Positions 13,187-24,724 of a stretch of DNA of 64,000 nucleotides are shown in pieces. Positions within the stretch are counted from its first letter, which is position 1; every line of letters starts with the position of its first letter. The stretch comes from Macrostomum lignano (Eukaryota). The translations under genes and the position numbers were made by a program. The stretch is taken from the NCBI GenBank assembly GCA_002269645.1, contig NIVC01000214.1:1-64000 (forward strand). Reading direction: 5' to 3'. The notes beneath the pieces are model-generated. The model searched no databases and was not told the DNA's origin. It worked only from the letters and a program-made list of their open reading frames with translations.

Positions 13187-16100
13187 CCGGTAAGGAACGC
13201 ATAGTGCTGAATGGGGTTTCGCCATAGACAAATGCGTGCTAGAAAAATCCCCTTCTTTCTAAGAAACAACCTGCTCATGGTAAAGAAAATCGGGCATAGC
13301 GTCATTCTAATCCAGCTGTCCATGATAGAAAATTACTTGAGAAGATTACTTCTATCTTGAGACTTTATTTGCTCGATACAAAAGTAGCAAATAACGTATT
13401 TCGCAACTAAATCACTTTCAGAATTTGTTTTAACTTTAGCTAAACTTTTGTGAAAATGAGCTGGAGGCTGGTAATGGAGCGTATACCTGTCGTATCACTC
13501 AACTGATATTATAATGGCTAATGCAAGAGGATCAAGGAAGACTGCAGTTTCCAGATGAAGCCTTCCAAACTAGCTCAAATGCACGATAATGGTTTTTGCG
13601 TCAGAATTCCCACAACAGAGTCGAATTCACGATCCTCTCTTCCCCGATCAAACTAGAAAGCACTATACCGTACACTCTACAACAACTGGGGGATAGGATA
13701 AGGGATGAGGGAAAACCCACAGCGATGACAGTTTGTTTAACTAGGAACCCGAGTCAGGTCGACAATGCAAGAGTGAATCTGTTATACGTTATGCCTGCTA
13801 ATACAAACAAATTCCCATCCAGCGTTCACAACTTGCTGAATTCATTTTCAGGATGCACTTTTGTCAAACCGCCGCATAAAGAGGCTATTGATAGTAGAAG
13901 TTGGCTGGAGCGGTTCAAATAGCAACAAAAAGTTCACGAAAGGTCGCACGAGCCCGTAGCTAAGGATTGATTTCTTCCTTCTCTTCCCACTCTGCAGCTT
14001 CGCTTCTGCCGTCCAAGCCAGCAAACACTAGTAGTGGGCTCAGCTGCAATTTATCAACTATGCGCTGGACGTACAGGAGCCGTCAGACTCCCGCATGCGC
14101 CACTCCTAAACCAGCCAAACTGCGCGATCGAGCTAATAAAAGAGAATCGGCCACAAAATTATTCTATTTCTACTAGCAGTAGTTTACAATCTTAGTAGCA
14201 TTATAATTTATTTACACTTCGATCGGCGACTGATGATCTTTTCTTTGATCACAAAATCAATGATAGCATTTGATCTGGCTAGGTCAGTGAAGATGACCAT
14301 TTCTTTAATTTAGCATGCGCAACATGCTACTCTGTTTGTATTTTATACAGCTGTGCATGCAGTGAAAGTTTCATTTTCATAATGACACAATCTTTGATTT
14401 TCACGTCCTGTTATACTACAGTGGACCTTACGATTGCATACTACCTCGCGCACTTATTCACTGCGATACTATTTTAATTGTTGTTTAAACGCGAAAACAA
14501 ATAAAGACAAAAATCCAGTTTGCAATAAAAATGGAATTATTTTTGTCATTATTAGATCAGCTGGAGTCAACAAACTCCGAGCACTGCAATGAGAATATTG
14601 CATTCTGTTTGCTTTGCGTGTTAGTTGACGCAGCACATTGCGCTTAAAAAACACAAAACGCAGAGTATAGAGAAATCAATTTGTTGCATTTAAAAAAAGT
14701 GAATATGAACAAGTTCAATTGACAATTAGCAAGCCATTAAAAATTGTGGAGGGCAATGGACAAAAAAACTGGACTATATAGATTTTACTGCCGAATATGA
14801 CGAATATGGCCTTGCTTCAATTAAAGTTTAAACAGACTGATTATATAGAAAGCACTAATTAGTATGAGTAAAGGTAAAAGCATTATGTTGATTCAGACTG
14901 AAATTACGAAACGTGCTTTAATTATACATGTCCAAATCTGGTCGTTCTTGAATTTGAAAGCAGCATATTATATTGAAAAGTTAAAATAAGACCAAACTAT
15001 CCAAATACCTTACTTCCTTAAATCATTTGATGGTGCATGTGCTACTTAACTACTGCCAATTCAGTAGTATGATCTCTCTTTCCCTCAATTTCCTATTGGC
15101 TCATTTTATCTGCTTTTCATCGTTCGTGCCATTCCACGCAAACTGCACCCCGTCGCTTCTTTGCCACCTCTCCATTTTGTTTTTTATTGTCCCCATCGCA
15201 GGGTGGGGGGGGGTTAAGCAGCCATGTACATTATCTGCTGCGCTGACCAATGTACACTGATTGTTCACCACACACGAATAACAAAATGTGTCACGTGATT
15301 CTCTCTCTCTCTCTTTCGGGTCATTTTATTGGTTGAATTCCCTAGAGGAAAACAACTGCTTTTTTACTTGCTACTGAATCAAAAGTACAAAAGGACAATT
15401 GGAAAATTTATAAATGTGTAGTTTAATTTTACTAATTTCTACAGAGGAAATTGCGGCACAAAAATTCGCGAGTGAGTGAGCAATTAAAAAATACATTTTT
15501 TGAGTAGTGAGTTAATTAAAGCTTGATAAGGGGAGAGTACAGAAGTTGCAAATGATAAAGCTCATCATGCAGGCTGATACATGTAGTTAATGCACCGGCA
15601 GTATAATGCAAGTCACACATCATTTACAATTATTCACAATACTGCATGCACTAAATAAAGTCAGGGAAGATGCTACGTAGCCATGATGATTTAATCATGC
15701 TGACTAAAGTTTATTATGCCAATAAAAACCATATTTATGCATTGCAAAAAACGATATAAACAACTATTGATTAAAACAGATTGATTCCACTTTTTCATCA
15801 AGAAACTAACAACAATTTTTGGACTAGAAAATAAAAACAAACTACTTATATAATCAGTGCATACTTTTAAACACACAAATATATGTTATATACGAGGCAC
15901 TGACTATTGGTGCTTATCAAACAAAATATCAGCTAGAAAGATGGAAAATATATAAATATAATATTTGAACAGAAAAAACCTGTTTTGGACCAAAATGAGA
16001 CAGTTGGTAAAAATAATTTATGCTTAATTCCTACAAAATTGAAGATTAATTCATCTAATGTGAGAATTTATTCCAGAGGCGCTAAGCGGCAATAAATAAT

Positions 16101-16539
16101 GATAAAAATCCATTAATAGTTTTATGCGAATAGCTTAAAACACAGGGTGGCAATACATGCGTGATGTGTAGCCGATGCTCTTGACATGCAAAAAATATTC
16201 GAAACAGAGCTCATAAGCACACAGTTGCCGATAAATAACAAAAAAGGCACACAACTAGTCGAGTGGTTGAGCTGGCCTATTATTAAAAAAATTTTCAGTT
16301 TCAATCAATGCTGATTGTATTGCCGTTGTTAAAACATCAATTAAAACAATTTGAAAGACTCTTAATTAGTAAAATCCCAAATCTAGTCGCTTTGTTCTTA
16401 ATCTGCTAATTACTATAAACATACTACTTTTTTCAGTAGTTTGTCCACTCACGCACTAGATTAGGGTTGTTCATGTGTTTCTCCAGTTTTCAGTCAGTAG
16501 ACATGTAAAATTCAATAAATATTTGTTCTAGTCTGCATT

Positions 16540-16845
16540 AATAATAATAATAATTGATTACAACTGCCCTAATGGCCAGATGTGCAACCGACAGCTCAGC
16601 CGCAGCTATTGTGCGGCGCATCTGAAGGCTGCGTACGGCTGTTCAGTCCAAGGACTGGGGGGTCACCACACCCAAAATTACCCCAGCTAATGCTGGCACC
16701 CATTTTACAGCTGTGTGAACTGAAGCAACGCAGAGTTAAGTGTCTTGCTCAAGAACACAAAGTGTTCCAGTGGGATCAGGAATCGAACCCCCGACCTTTA
16801 AGTCGTGAGTCTGACGCTCTAACCACTAGGCTGCAACATCTGCAC
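16540..16845 (-). mobile_element. tRNA-derived SINE with MIR/CORE-like central domain and (ATT)n tail
   Basis: Minus strand: A-box-like CTAGTGGTTAGAGC, B-box GGTTCGATTCC (16789-16779), then TTGAGCAAGACACTTAACTCT..CTTCAGTT..GCTGTAAAATGGG resembling the CORE consensus TTGGGCAAGTCACTTAACCTCT..CCTCAGTT..TCTGTAAAATGGG (recalled); tail ATTATTATTATT near 16540. Confidence 0.8.
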
Positions 16846-17238
16846 TACAGCCTGCACTACAGCTATTATAAAGGCAAAAAAACGCGTCTTGCTACTGAAA
16901 AAAAGTAGAAGAAGCGCATTTTGCGAGTGAAATATTCAGTTATTCTTGCATCCGTGCTGTTTACCACTTGGACTTAAAGTTAGACATGTTATTAATATCG
17001 TATCTTAACATTTGTAAACGGTCCATACTACTTACATGTACTATTGAAGAAGTAGTTTAGGTTAGACACATCTACCCGATATCTAGTCAAGAAGGGACAT
17101 TTTCACAAGCCCTTGTATTTTATAAACGATTAAATAATAAACAGTTTTATTTGAACCTCCGCCCTATTTCAACCCACAGGACACCATTGGCCGGACATGT
17201 ACTATTAGCACAGACAAGGATGCACCATATTATGATAA

Positions 17239-18279
17239 TCAGCCAGTCAGATCAGCCAGGGCCAGCTCGCACTGCGGAGCGCAGCACCTGAACCGGCAGC
17301 GGCGCAGCCTCAGGCCAGCCAGCAGGCGGTCAGTGAGCAGCAGCTGCTCAAGCCGGCGGGCTACAGTCTCGCTGGACAGATTGGCCAAGAACCGGCGCAG
17401 ACAGTCGGCCGTGGTGGCAGCCAGCTGGATCTGCAGGCCGCAGTAGGGATCAGAGCCAGCCTCCAGGCACAGCAGGCCGCAGTCCTGCTCCAGATAGCGG
17501 ACCAGGCGCTGCTCGGAGTCGGCCAGCACGGCCTGATAGAGCTCGGCCGATTTTTCGGCCAGCAGGCGGGCCTTTCGGACCAGCAGACCATCGGCTGCGC
17601 TGTCAGCAGCTGCAACCAACGAGTCGTTGCCGTCGAGTTGCTGCTGATGCTGGGCCAAATACTTTCGATTCGAACTGCTCAGCATTGATTTTTTAGAAGC
17701 CGCCACAGACTGCGGCGTCAGCATCTGAGGCGTCGCCGCCGCCGCAGCAGCAGCTGCAGGTCGCTGACGCTTTCGCCGTCGACTAGAAAAGGGGAAACGA
17801 AATAGTCGACTGCAACAGCCGCCGAAGCAGCCGCAGCCTCCGCCGCTGTCATCGGTGCGGCCAGCCGCCGCGGCCGTCAAAGTAGAGCAGAGCCGGCTGT
17901 CCTCGCCAACGGCCAGACTGACCAGATCGTCAACTGATCGGTTGAGCGCCTCGACGCTGATCCAGCAGGAGGCCGGCCGGTCGCCGCCAGCCGCCGGCGT
18001 GGAAACCAACACGGGGCCAGCTGCGGCGGCAGTGAACAGGCCGAAGTCGGCCGGGCACACCTGTATAGCGCTGACCTCCACTGTTAGCGCGAACTGGCCG
18101 CGTCTTCGGCCAGTCAGCCTTGCAGCCGAAGCCGACGTCGATAGAGGGGCGTCGATCCGACGCTCGACATCGTAGCGATTAGCCAGGTCGAGGCGGCCGG
18201 CGCAACGAAGCGCGTTGACCAAGAGGCCGCGTACAGCCGGCGGAGAGATGTCCAGCAGAGCGAGCAGCTGGCCGGGCTC
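17239..18279 (-). CDS. Exon 2 (terminal) of putative death-fold plus TRADD-N-like protein
   Basis: Acceptor CTTCGCAG| at 18280, phase 0; 346 open codons; GRLDLA helix motif; C-terminal GSDPYCGLQIQLAATTADCLRRFLANLSSETVARRLEQLLLTDRLL; GC3-rich. Confidence 0.7.
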   Translation of the reverse strand, partial: EPGQLLALLDISPPAVRGLLVNALRCAGRLDLANRYDVERRIDAPLSTSASAARLTGRRRGQFALTVEVSAIQVCPADFGLFTAAAAGPVLVSTPAAGGDRPASCWISVEALNRSVDDLVSLAVGEDSRLCSTLTAAAAGRTDDSGGGCGCFGGCCSRLFRFPFSSRRRKRQRPAAAAAAAATPQMLTPQSVAASKKSMLSSSNRKYLAQHQQQLDGNDSLVAAADSAADGLLVRKARLLAEKSAELYQAVLADSEQRLVRYLEQDCGLLCLEAGSDPYCGLQIQLAATTADCLRRFLANLSSETVARRLEQLLLTDRLLAGLRLRRCRFRCCAPQCELALADLTG

Positions 18280-18620
18280 CTGCGAAGTGTTGTTTTTTGT
18301 AGCCCTTTGTCACAATAAGCAGATTGCTTTACTGATGAGTAGCAAGATAAGAATGTAAAGTGAATTTATTGCAAAAGAAAACAGAATTGACCCATAAACC
18401 CTATCGAGAATTCGATTTCGAATCAACAAAAAGAAAAGTTTGAGACAATTTCAAAGTCAAAGCGTTAGTCAGCTTGCAGCCAGCGAGAGCAGTCATGCTC
18501 ATTTTGCTGACCTCTGAGCACGCATACGCAGACACACACAGGGTGTACAGCGGCCCTCACTCATCAGGTGCTGTACGCAAGCCAATTTTCATGTATGAGC
18601 ACCAAAATTAATGTGGCGGA

Positions 18621-18700
18621 GGGCCGTAGCCCAGTGGTCTAGCGCGACACTCCTGTGTACCAGCGGCCAGGTTCGATTCCCAGGCCCAGTCGCACTAATT
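18621..18700 (+). mobile_element. tRNA-like Pol III head (SINE or tRNA pseudogene) inside the intron
   Basis: TAGCCCAGTGGTCTAGCGC A-box, GGTTCGATTCC B-box 18670-18680, GGGCC..GGCCC acceptor-like stem; anticodon arm does not fold. Confidence 0.65.
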
Positions 18701-18921
18701 TCGGGCTCAATTGGAGTCTCAGCTTGGCTCTGCTTGTGCAAGTAACGTCATTGAAGGCCAACCCCAAGGCGCAGTGAAGTGTACATGACTAACGATAAAG
18801 GGCCCAAGACAGGCTGACAGGTACTGTCAGCCTGACTCATTATTTACTACACCAGAATTAGAACTGAATTATTTTTAGTTGAAGACCTGAACTCATTGCT
18901 GATAAAAGAAAAATATTTCAC

Positions 18922-19047
18922 CTGCACTAGGCCAGGCTCGAATCTTAGAGCAGCTCTGTGCAGCCGCAGGTAGTCCTGCACCTGGTCCAGCTCGGCTGAC
19001 CCAAGCTGCTGCTGTTGATTGGCATCTTCCTCAGCTGCCTTCTCCAT
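18922..19047 (-). CDS. Exon 1 of putative death-fold plus TRADD-N-like protein (42 codons; 388 aa spliced)
   Basis: ATG at 19047; donor CAG|GTGAAA at 18922, phase 0, joins exon 2 in frame (DYLRLHRAALRFEPGLVQ/EPGQLLALLD). Confidence 0.65.
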
Positions 19048-19778
19048 TGGATGGAGCGCGCAACTACAGCACTTGTAGACAGCTGGCAGTTGGACAGCTC
19101 AATAGTGACTGCCAGCTGCAATGCAAAATAAAATAAATATTACAAAATGCAACTTAGCTGGCTCTGGTAGTCCACTTTTAACTCCATTTTTGTTTTCTTT
19201 CTCCATTTATTTGCTCTTGTGTTTGTGTTTCATTTCTCTTTCCCACTTTGTTTCATTCTTTTTTGTACTTTTTGCATAATTTGTTTTAGGCAAGGGTTTA
19301 ATTTTTTGGCTCATTTTGGCTAGGAGCCTCTTTTATCTAGCTAGATTAGCTAGGTTGGTCAGGTGTTATACATGCATGACAAAGACAAGGGTCATATTTT
19401 TCTTTGTTTTGCTAAATCCCTTGAGATAAAATAATTGATAATAGAGCCATCATTTAATAAACTTGAGTATTTCCAGTTTTTTTTAGAATGCCAGTGCTAG
19501 ACTTAGGTAATGGAAGGTAACGGAAGTTATTTTTTATAGGTCCAGTTTTCTAGTACTTGAAAATAAAATTTTAGGTGCCAAACAGCCAATTTAGCACTAA
19601 ATATTTCCCAAAAGTGCAAAAAATTCACCAAAATACTTGTAGTACAATTAAAAAAGGTAAAAAGAGATGATCCTATATCATGTCATTTTTACTTTTTAAG
19701 TTAAAACACATTTTAAGCATCATAGAATCATAGAATGAAGTGATTATTGGTAAGATCACTAGCAGTATTATCAGGGGG

Positions 19779-20290
19779 TGATGGTCATTTTGTCAACTAG
19801 CATTTTGTCAACTCAGTTGACGAAGTGACCAAAGTGTTGGGGCGACTTTACTGGTTGACAAAGTAACCAATGCCTAGGTCCTTCCCATTTGCTTGTTGAC
19901 GAAGTGACCAAAATTTTTATTATATGAATGATACATGTATATAGCTGATACAGCTGCATATCTTGTATAGCTTACAATTATTGTTATATCGATGACTAGT
20001 TTTATTAATTGCCTTATTTTTTAAAACAATCAGATTTTGCAATTTTGCAATACCAGACTGCATGTCCATAGGTTAAATGTTTTGATGCAAATATCTATGC
20101 AAATGCATCACCCATGCACACTTATACCCATATGCGTCTGGGCATTAATGAATCTTGAGTATTTGTGTTATGTGACCATACATGTGACTATGTAACATTG
20201 GTATTTCTCCTATCAAAATGCATCGAGGACTGTGATAAAACCGAGTTGACAAAATGGCCAGTTGACGAAATGCCAGTTGACAAAATAACT
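19779..20290. mobile_element. Older MITE-like element with repetitive CATTTTGTCAACT / AGTTGACAAAATG ends
   Basis: Left GGTCATTTTGTCAACTAGCATTTTGTCAACTC and right GAGTTGACAAAATGGCCAGTTGACGAAATGCCAGTTGACAAAAT are imperfect inverted repeats; no TSD found. Confidence 0.45.
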
Positions 20291-20684
20291 AGGACTAGGA
20301 CCCTTATCAGGATACTTTTGATTTTTGATTCAATCAAAAACAAGATCAAGATCAAGGATAGGCCTAATCTTGAATGACCATCATAGGCCTTGTTAGCATT
20401 TTTACCTAACTGTTGACATACTTGTTTGAAAACTGAATACTAGGCCCTAATTTATATGTAGGCCCCTAGGCCTAAGGCCTAAGGCCTAAACAAAAATATT
20501 AACACAAAACTGTCTAAGTCAAAATAATGTTAACATAACAGAAACAGACATAGCGAGGCCTTAATAATGAACACAGACTGCTATAACTTAAAGTTAGGTC
20601 TGAACACAATCTATAAGCCTATTAATAGGCCTATGGTTAAAGATTGTCCAGTGAATAAGTGAATGCAGTAGCAGCACTCCTAAA

Positions 20685-21334
20685 CCATAGTCAGGAAGGT
20701 GTCCGTACGCCGGAATTTTCCGGTGTACATCAGCCCCCCCCCCAAAAAAATGGCGTACAGTTTCGCGTACACGCGGTCCGAAAAATGGTGTACAGAGTTC
20801 TTGGCGTACACAACACAGTTTTTGCATGCAAAAATCTGTCCAAAAATCGGCCTACAATATTTGCATGTGATTGGCGTAAGAACAAATGTTTAAAAAACCT
20901 GCAAACAACCCAATTACTTCGACAAAGTATTGTATATCGTTCAATTTTAGTGAAATGGTAAATCTATTTTCATCTTTAAAACGCTGAAATTACGTAAATT
21001 TTGAATCTAATTTATTGTTAACAAAACTTTACTAAAGTTTTGTGTAAGTCAGTTATTTATTTTACCTTATTAACTAATTCTGTACAATAATTACTTTAGT
21101 ATTTTAGATTTCTTCACGTTACAACAGATGACATACAGGTAAGTTAAGATTTAAGTTGCAAATTTCGCGCATTTGCAGTTTTTTTGGGTCCTCAATTTTG
21201 GCGTACGCTTTTTTGGGCTATTCAATTTTGGCGTACGTCAAAAAGCGCTTTTTTAGGGCTTTTCAATTTTGGCGTACACAACATTTTTTCTTAATTTTCA
21301 TTCCGGCGTACACTGGACACCTTCCTGACTATGG
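20685..21334. mobile_element. MITE, 650 bp, about 31-34-bp TIRs, 8-bp TSD (hAT/P-type duplication length)
   Basis: TIR CCATAGTCAGGAAGGTGTCC(AGT)GTACGCCGGAA at both ends; perfect TSD CTCCTAAA at 20677-20684 and 21335-21342; multiple subterminal GGCGTAC motifs. Confidence 0.9.
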
Positions 21335-23139
21335 CTCCTAAATTTAAGCAATAAGAATATTTTTTAGAAATAATTGTTCTTCATTTCATATACTAAAATG
21401 AGTTGTCTGTAGCTAAGCTAATAATAACTAATAATGAAGATAATGAAGATAATAACATAATAACTAATAATGAAGATAATGAAGATAATAACAGGGCTTC
21501 ATAAGCTGAATTATAAGCTGAAGGCTAAAGCCTCTTCTTGTTCTTAGTCCTTAGAGAACACGAATGTGCCTAGTGAACTCTGAAACCAAAGTTTTGGCCA
21601 ATTTCCTTTCTGGCAATCCCAATTAGAAACCTAGGATTAATAATGTTGCATTAGAGCACTTTAAAACGAGTTAAAATGGTTAGAATTAGCATGTTTTAGT
21701 TATGCTGCGATTTTATAAATTAGAAATCATTATTTTCAAAGAAACCAATCAGTTAATTGCGTTGCGTCTATACTATACCCAATTACCTTGTACCCTGGAT
21801 GATTTTGATTATGAGTGAGCGTGAACAAATATGCTTACGGACAGAATTAGCGAACAGGTCATTTCCTTTTGTTGGTAGTATTGGTAGTAGAAAATTTTGA
21901 TATAAATATTTCTTCCAGAATATGGGAATTTATATAATATATTTATAACAAATATGTTTTAAGTTTAGTTAGAATTCATATTAGGACTTATATTATATAT
22001 ATGATGTAAGTTAAAAACAAGAGTTATAAAACTTATATTGTAGGACTTATGCATCCTAATAAAAATTACTGATCATAAATTTTAGAAAGCTTATAGGCCT
22101 AGTTAAGGGTGACTTAAGTCATCCTTGCTTATTTATACTATATATACTATTTTTTAATATAAATAATGCCATGCTCTCAAATTGAGTCTATACAATAGAA
22201 AAGAATTTAAAATCTGTTTAAAATATAGTTAGTAATGATTTTTACTTGTTTGTTTGTAAACTAAACTGAATACTAGTTTCCATTTTTTAATTAAGTATAT
22301 ATATAAACAAAATAAATGTAATACTAATAGAAGTAATCTTTTTTAAATTCTATTCTTATATCCAAGTCTATAAAAGCTTAGGCTCCTAATTGATTGTGTT
22401 ATGACATTATTGTTATGTATTATTATTGCTATTATTAGTGCTACACTTATATACAAATATAGTTATTTTAGATTGCATAAGTCAAAATTATATAAAATAT
22501 AAAAGCACTAAAATTGTTTGCAAAATATTATTAATAATTTTTTAAATTATGTCTACAAAAACCCTATATATAAATAAATTTTTGTTCCAAATGAACTAAA
22601 TACCAAGCCTTCAAGTTCCACTTTCTTGCATGCTTAGAAAAATTTAAATTTTAATAAGCTATTTACTTTTAACCAAATAAGATCTAAAGTGCTTAGAATC
22701 TTATTAAGAAAAAGAATTAGGAAATATTACTAAGAAATTCTATTCTAAGAGGAAAGCTATAAACTCTCTAATCCAAATAATACCTAAGACTAAAAATAAT
22801 ATATAAATTTATAATATTTAATATTAATAAAACCATTCAGGCCAGAAATATATTAAGAAATGCTACTAGAACTGCCATAATATATTATCAAAAATACCAT
22901 TAGAAATATACTAATAATGAGAATTAGAACAACTAACTAAATTTTATTAATAGCTTTTTAAAATGAAAAACGTCTATTATACCTTAGTGGTATCAGTAAG
23001 ATAATTTTAGATGATAGAATCAACAACCCCTTTGGTGGTGGCAGCAGTGGGTTTGCAATAAGCAGCACTACCATAACTTGGTAGCAACAATAAGATATTC
23101 TAGGATAAAACAAAATGCCTATAACAAGTGAATAGGTAA

Positions 23140-23410
23140 GCAGACACTAAGTGAATAGGTGAATAGGCATTCAAAATGAATAGGGTGAATAGACACTCTA
23201 AGTGAATAGGTGAATAAGCACTCAAAGTGAATGGGTAAATAGGCACTCCAGATAAATGGGTGAACAGGTAGGTGAATGGGGTGAACAGGCACTCTATGTG
23301 AATGGGGTGAACAGGCACTCTATGGAATGGGGTGAACAGGCACTCTATGTGAATTGGGTGAACAGGCACTATATGTGAATGGGGTGAACAGGCAGTAGGT
23401 GAATGGAATA
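23140..23410. repeat. Degenerate about 26-bp repeat GTGAATGGGGTGAACAGGCACTCTAT
   Basis: Recurring GGTGAA and GGCACTCT motifs. Confidence 0.7.
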
Positions 23411-23689
23411 GCCAGGTGAATATGCAGTCCAGATGAGAAGTCTTTAAAGAAACCAATTTCGAATATCTTGTTTATGAATACTTGAAAAAATATCATAATT
23501 TTTTGTTGGCTCACTAATTAGAAACAAAGTTTTAAATTTGTTTGCGTAAAACAGGTACAACTGTGTGTCTGCAGTGAATTTTGTTGTCAATCTGAGCTAA
23601 CAAATATTAGTTGCTATGAAAACTGGCTATCCAACAAGCATATGGTATTGTACTATTTCTGTTAGTTGAAGCTGTAAAACACTAAAAAG

Positions 23690-24085
23690 ATGTCAGCATC
23701 AGCGGCTTCGCTGAGCAGCCAGCGCCAGCGAGTGCTCAGCCTGTACCGTCAGATCCTTCGTTTGGCCAGGCAGTGGCCTGGCCGGCCAGGCGTGGCAGAC
23801 CCGGCCACGGAGGCGGCCTACATCCGGACAGAGGCTGGCACCCTGTTCCGCCAGCACAAGTCTTTGTCAGACCCGGTCGTCATCGAGTCTCACATTGCGG
23901 AGGCGGAGTCGCGCATTAATTTGGCTCTGCACTACAATATCCCATATCCGCGCATGCCAAATTTGCCGCCTGGTTGCTTAGCAACGCCCGGCCAGCCGAA
24001 GCGTCGGACAGCCCGCGGCATGGACGACGCCCTGCCGGCTTATATGAAAAGCTACAAATCCGGCTACGCGCCTAAGATCAAGTAG
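23690..24085 (+). CDS. LYRM1: LYR motif-containing protein 1, 131 aa, intronless
   Basis: VLSLYRQILRLARQW (LYR motif), YIRTEAGTLFR, ARI-like SRINLALHYNIPYPR and LPP match the remembered LYRM1 pattern. Confidence 0.9.
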   Translation: MSASAASLSSQRQRVLSLYRQILRLARQWPGRPGVADPATEAAYIRTEAGTLFRQHKSLSDPVVIESHIAEAESRINLALHYNIPYPRMPNLPPGCLATPGQPKRRTARGMDDALPAYMKSYKSGYAPKIK

Positions 24086-24358
24086 TATTTGAGCAGCCGT
24101 TGCTGAACTTGAGATAGCGGAATTTGACTGCTTATTTAGTGACAGCAACTTGCTTGTTTGATGTACTTTTGCGATTTCCGAGTTCGAGTTTGATGCCCTA
24201 ATAGCTCTGAGCTTCATCGGCCTTTTTAACCTTAAAAATCGCTCCCCGCATTATTCCAGAATCACATTTGAGCTTCATAAATCAATAATCAATAATTGCT
24301 TTTCATCGCCCTGAGAAACGGCTTTATAATCATAAAAAAATAGCCCTTCATCGCCCTT

Positions 24359-24724
24359 AAGAATCGCCCTCCATCATCACCAAGAATCGCCCTCCATCAT
24401 CACCAAGAATCACCCTCCATCATCACCAAGAATCACCCTCCATCATCACCAAGAATCACCCTCCATCATCACCAAGAATCGCCCTCCATCATCACCAAGA
24501 ATCACCCTCCATCATCACCAAGAATCACCCTCCATCATCACCAAGAATCACCCTCCATCATCACCAAGAATCACCTTCCATCATCACCAAGAATCGCCCT
24601 CCATCATCACCAAGAATCACCCTCCATCATCACCAAGAATCACCCTCCATCATCACCAAGAATCACCTTCCATCATCACCAAGAATCGCCCTCCATCATC
24701 ACCAAGAATCGCCCTCCATCATCA
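24359..24724. repeat. 23-bp minisatellite AAGAATCACCCTCCATCATCACC
   Basis: About 16 tandem copies. Confidence 0.95.

Noticed and set aside
13560-14180. Possible decayed transposon coding sequence
   Set aside because: All frames have multiple stops and no recognisable catalytic motif
18621-18700. tRNA-like elements (also 16770-16840, 25645-25715, 28765-28835) as functional tRNA genes
   Set aside because: Anticodon and T stems do not pair; treated as SINE heads or pseudogenes. tRNAscan-SE would settle it
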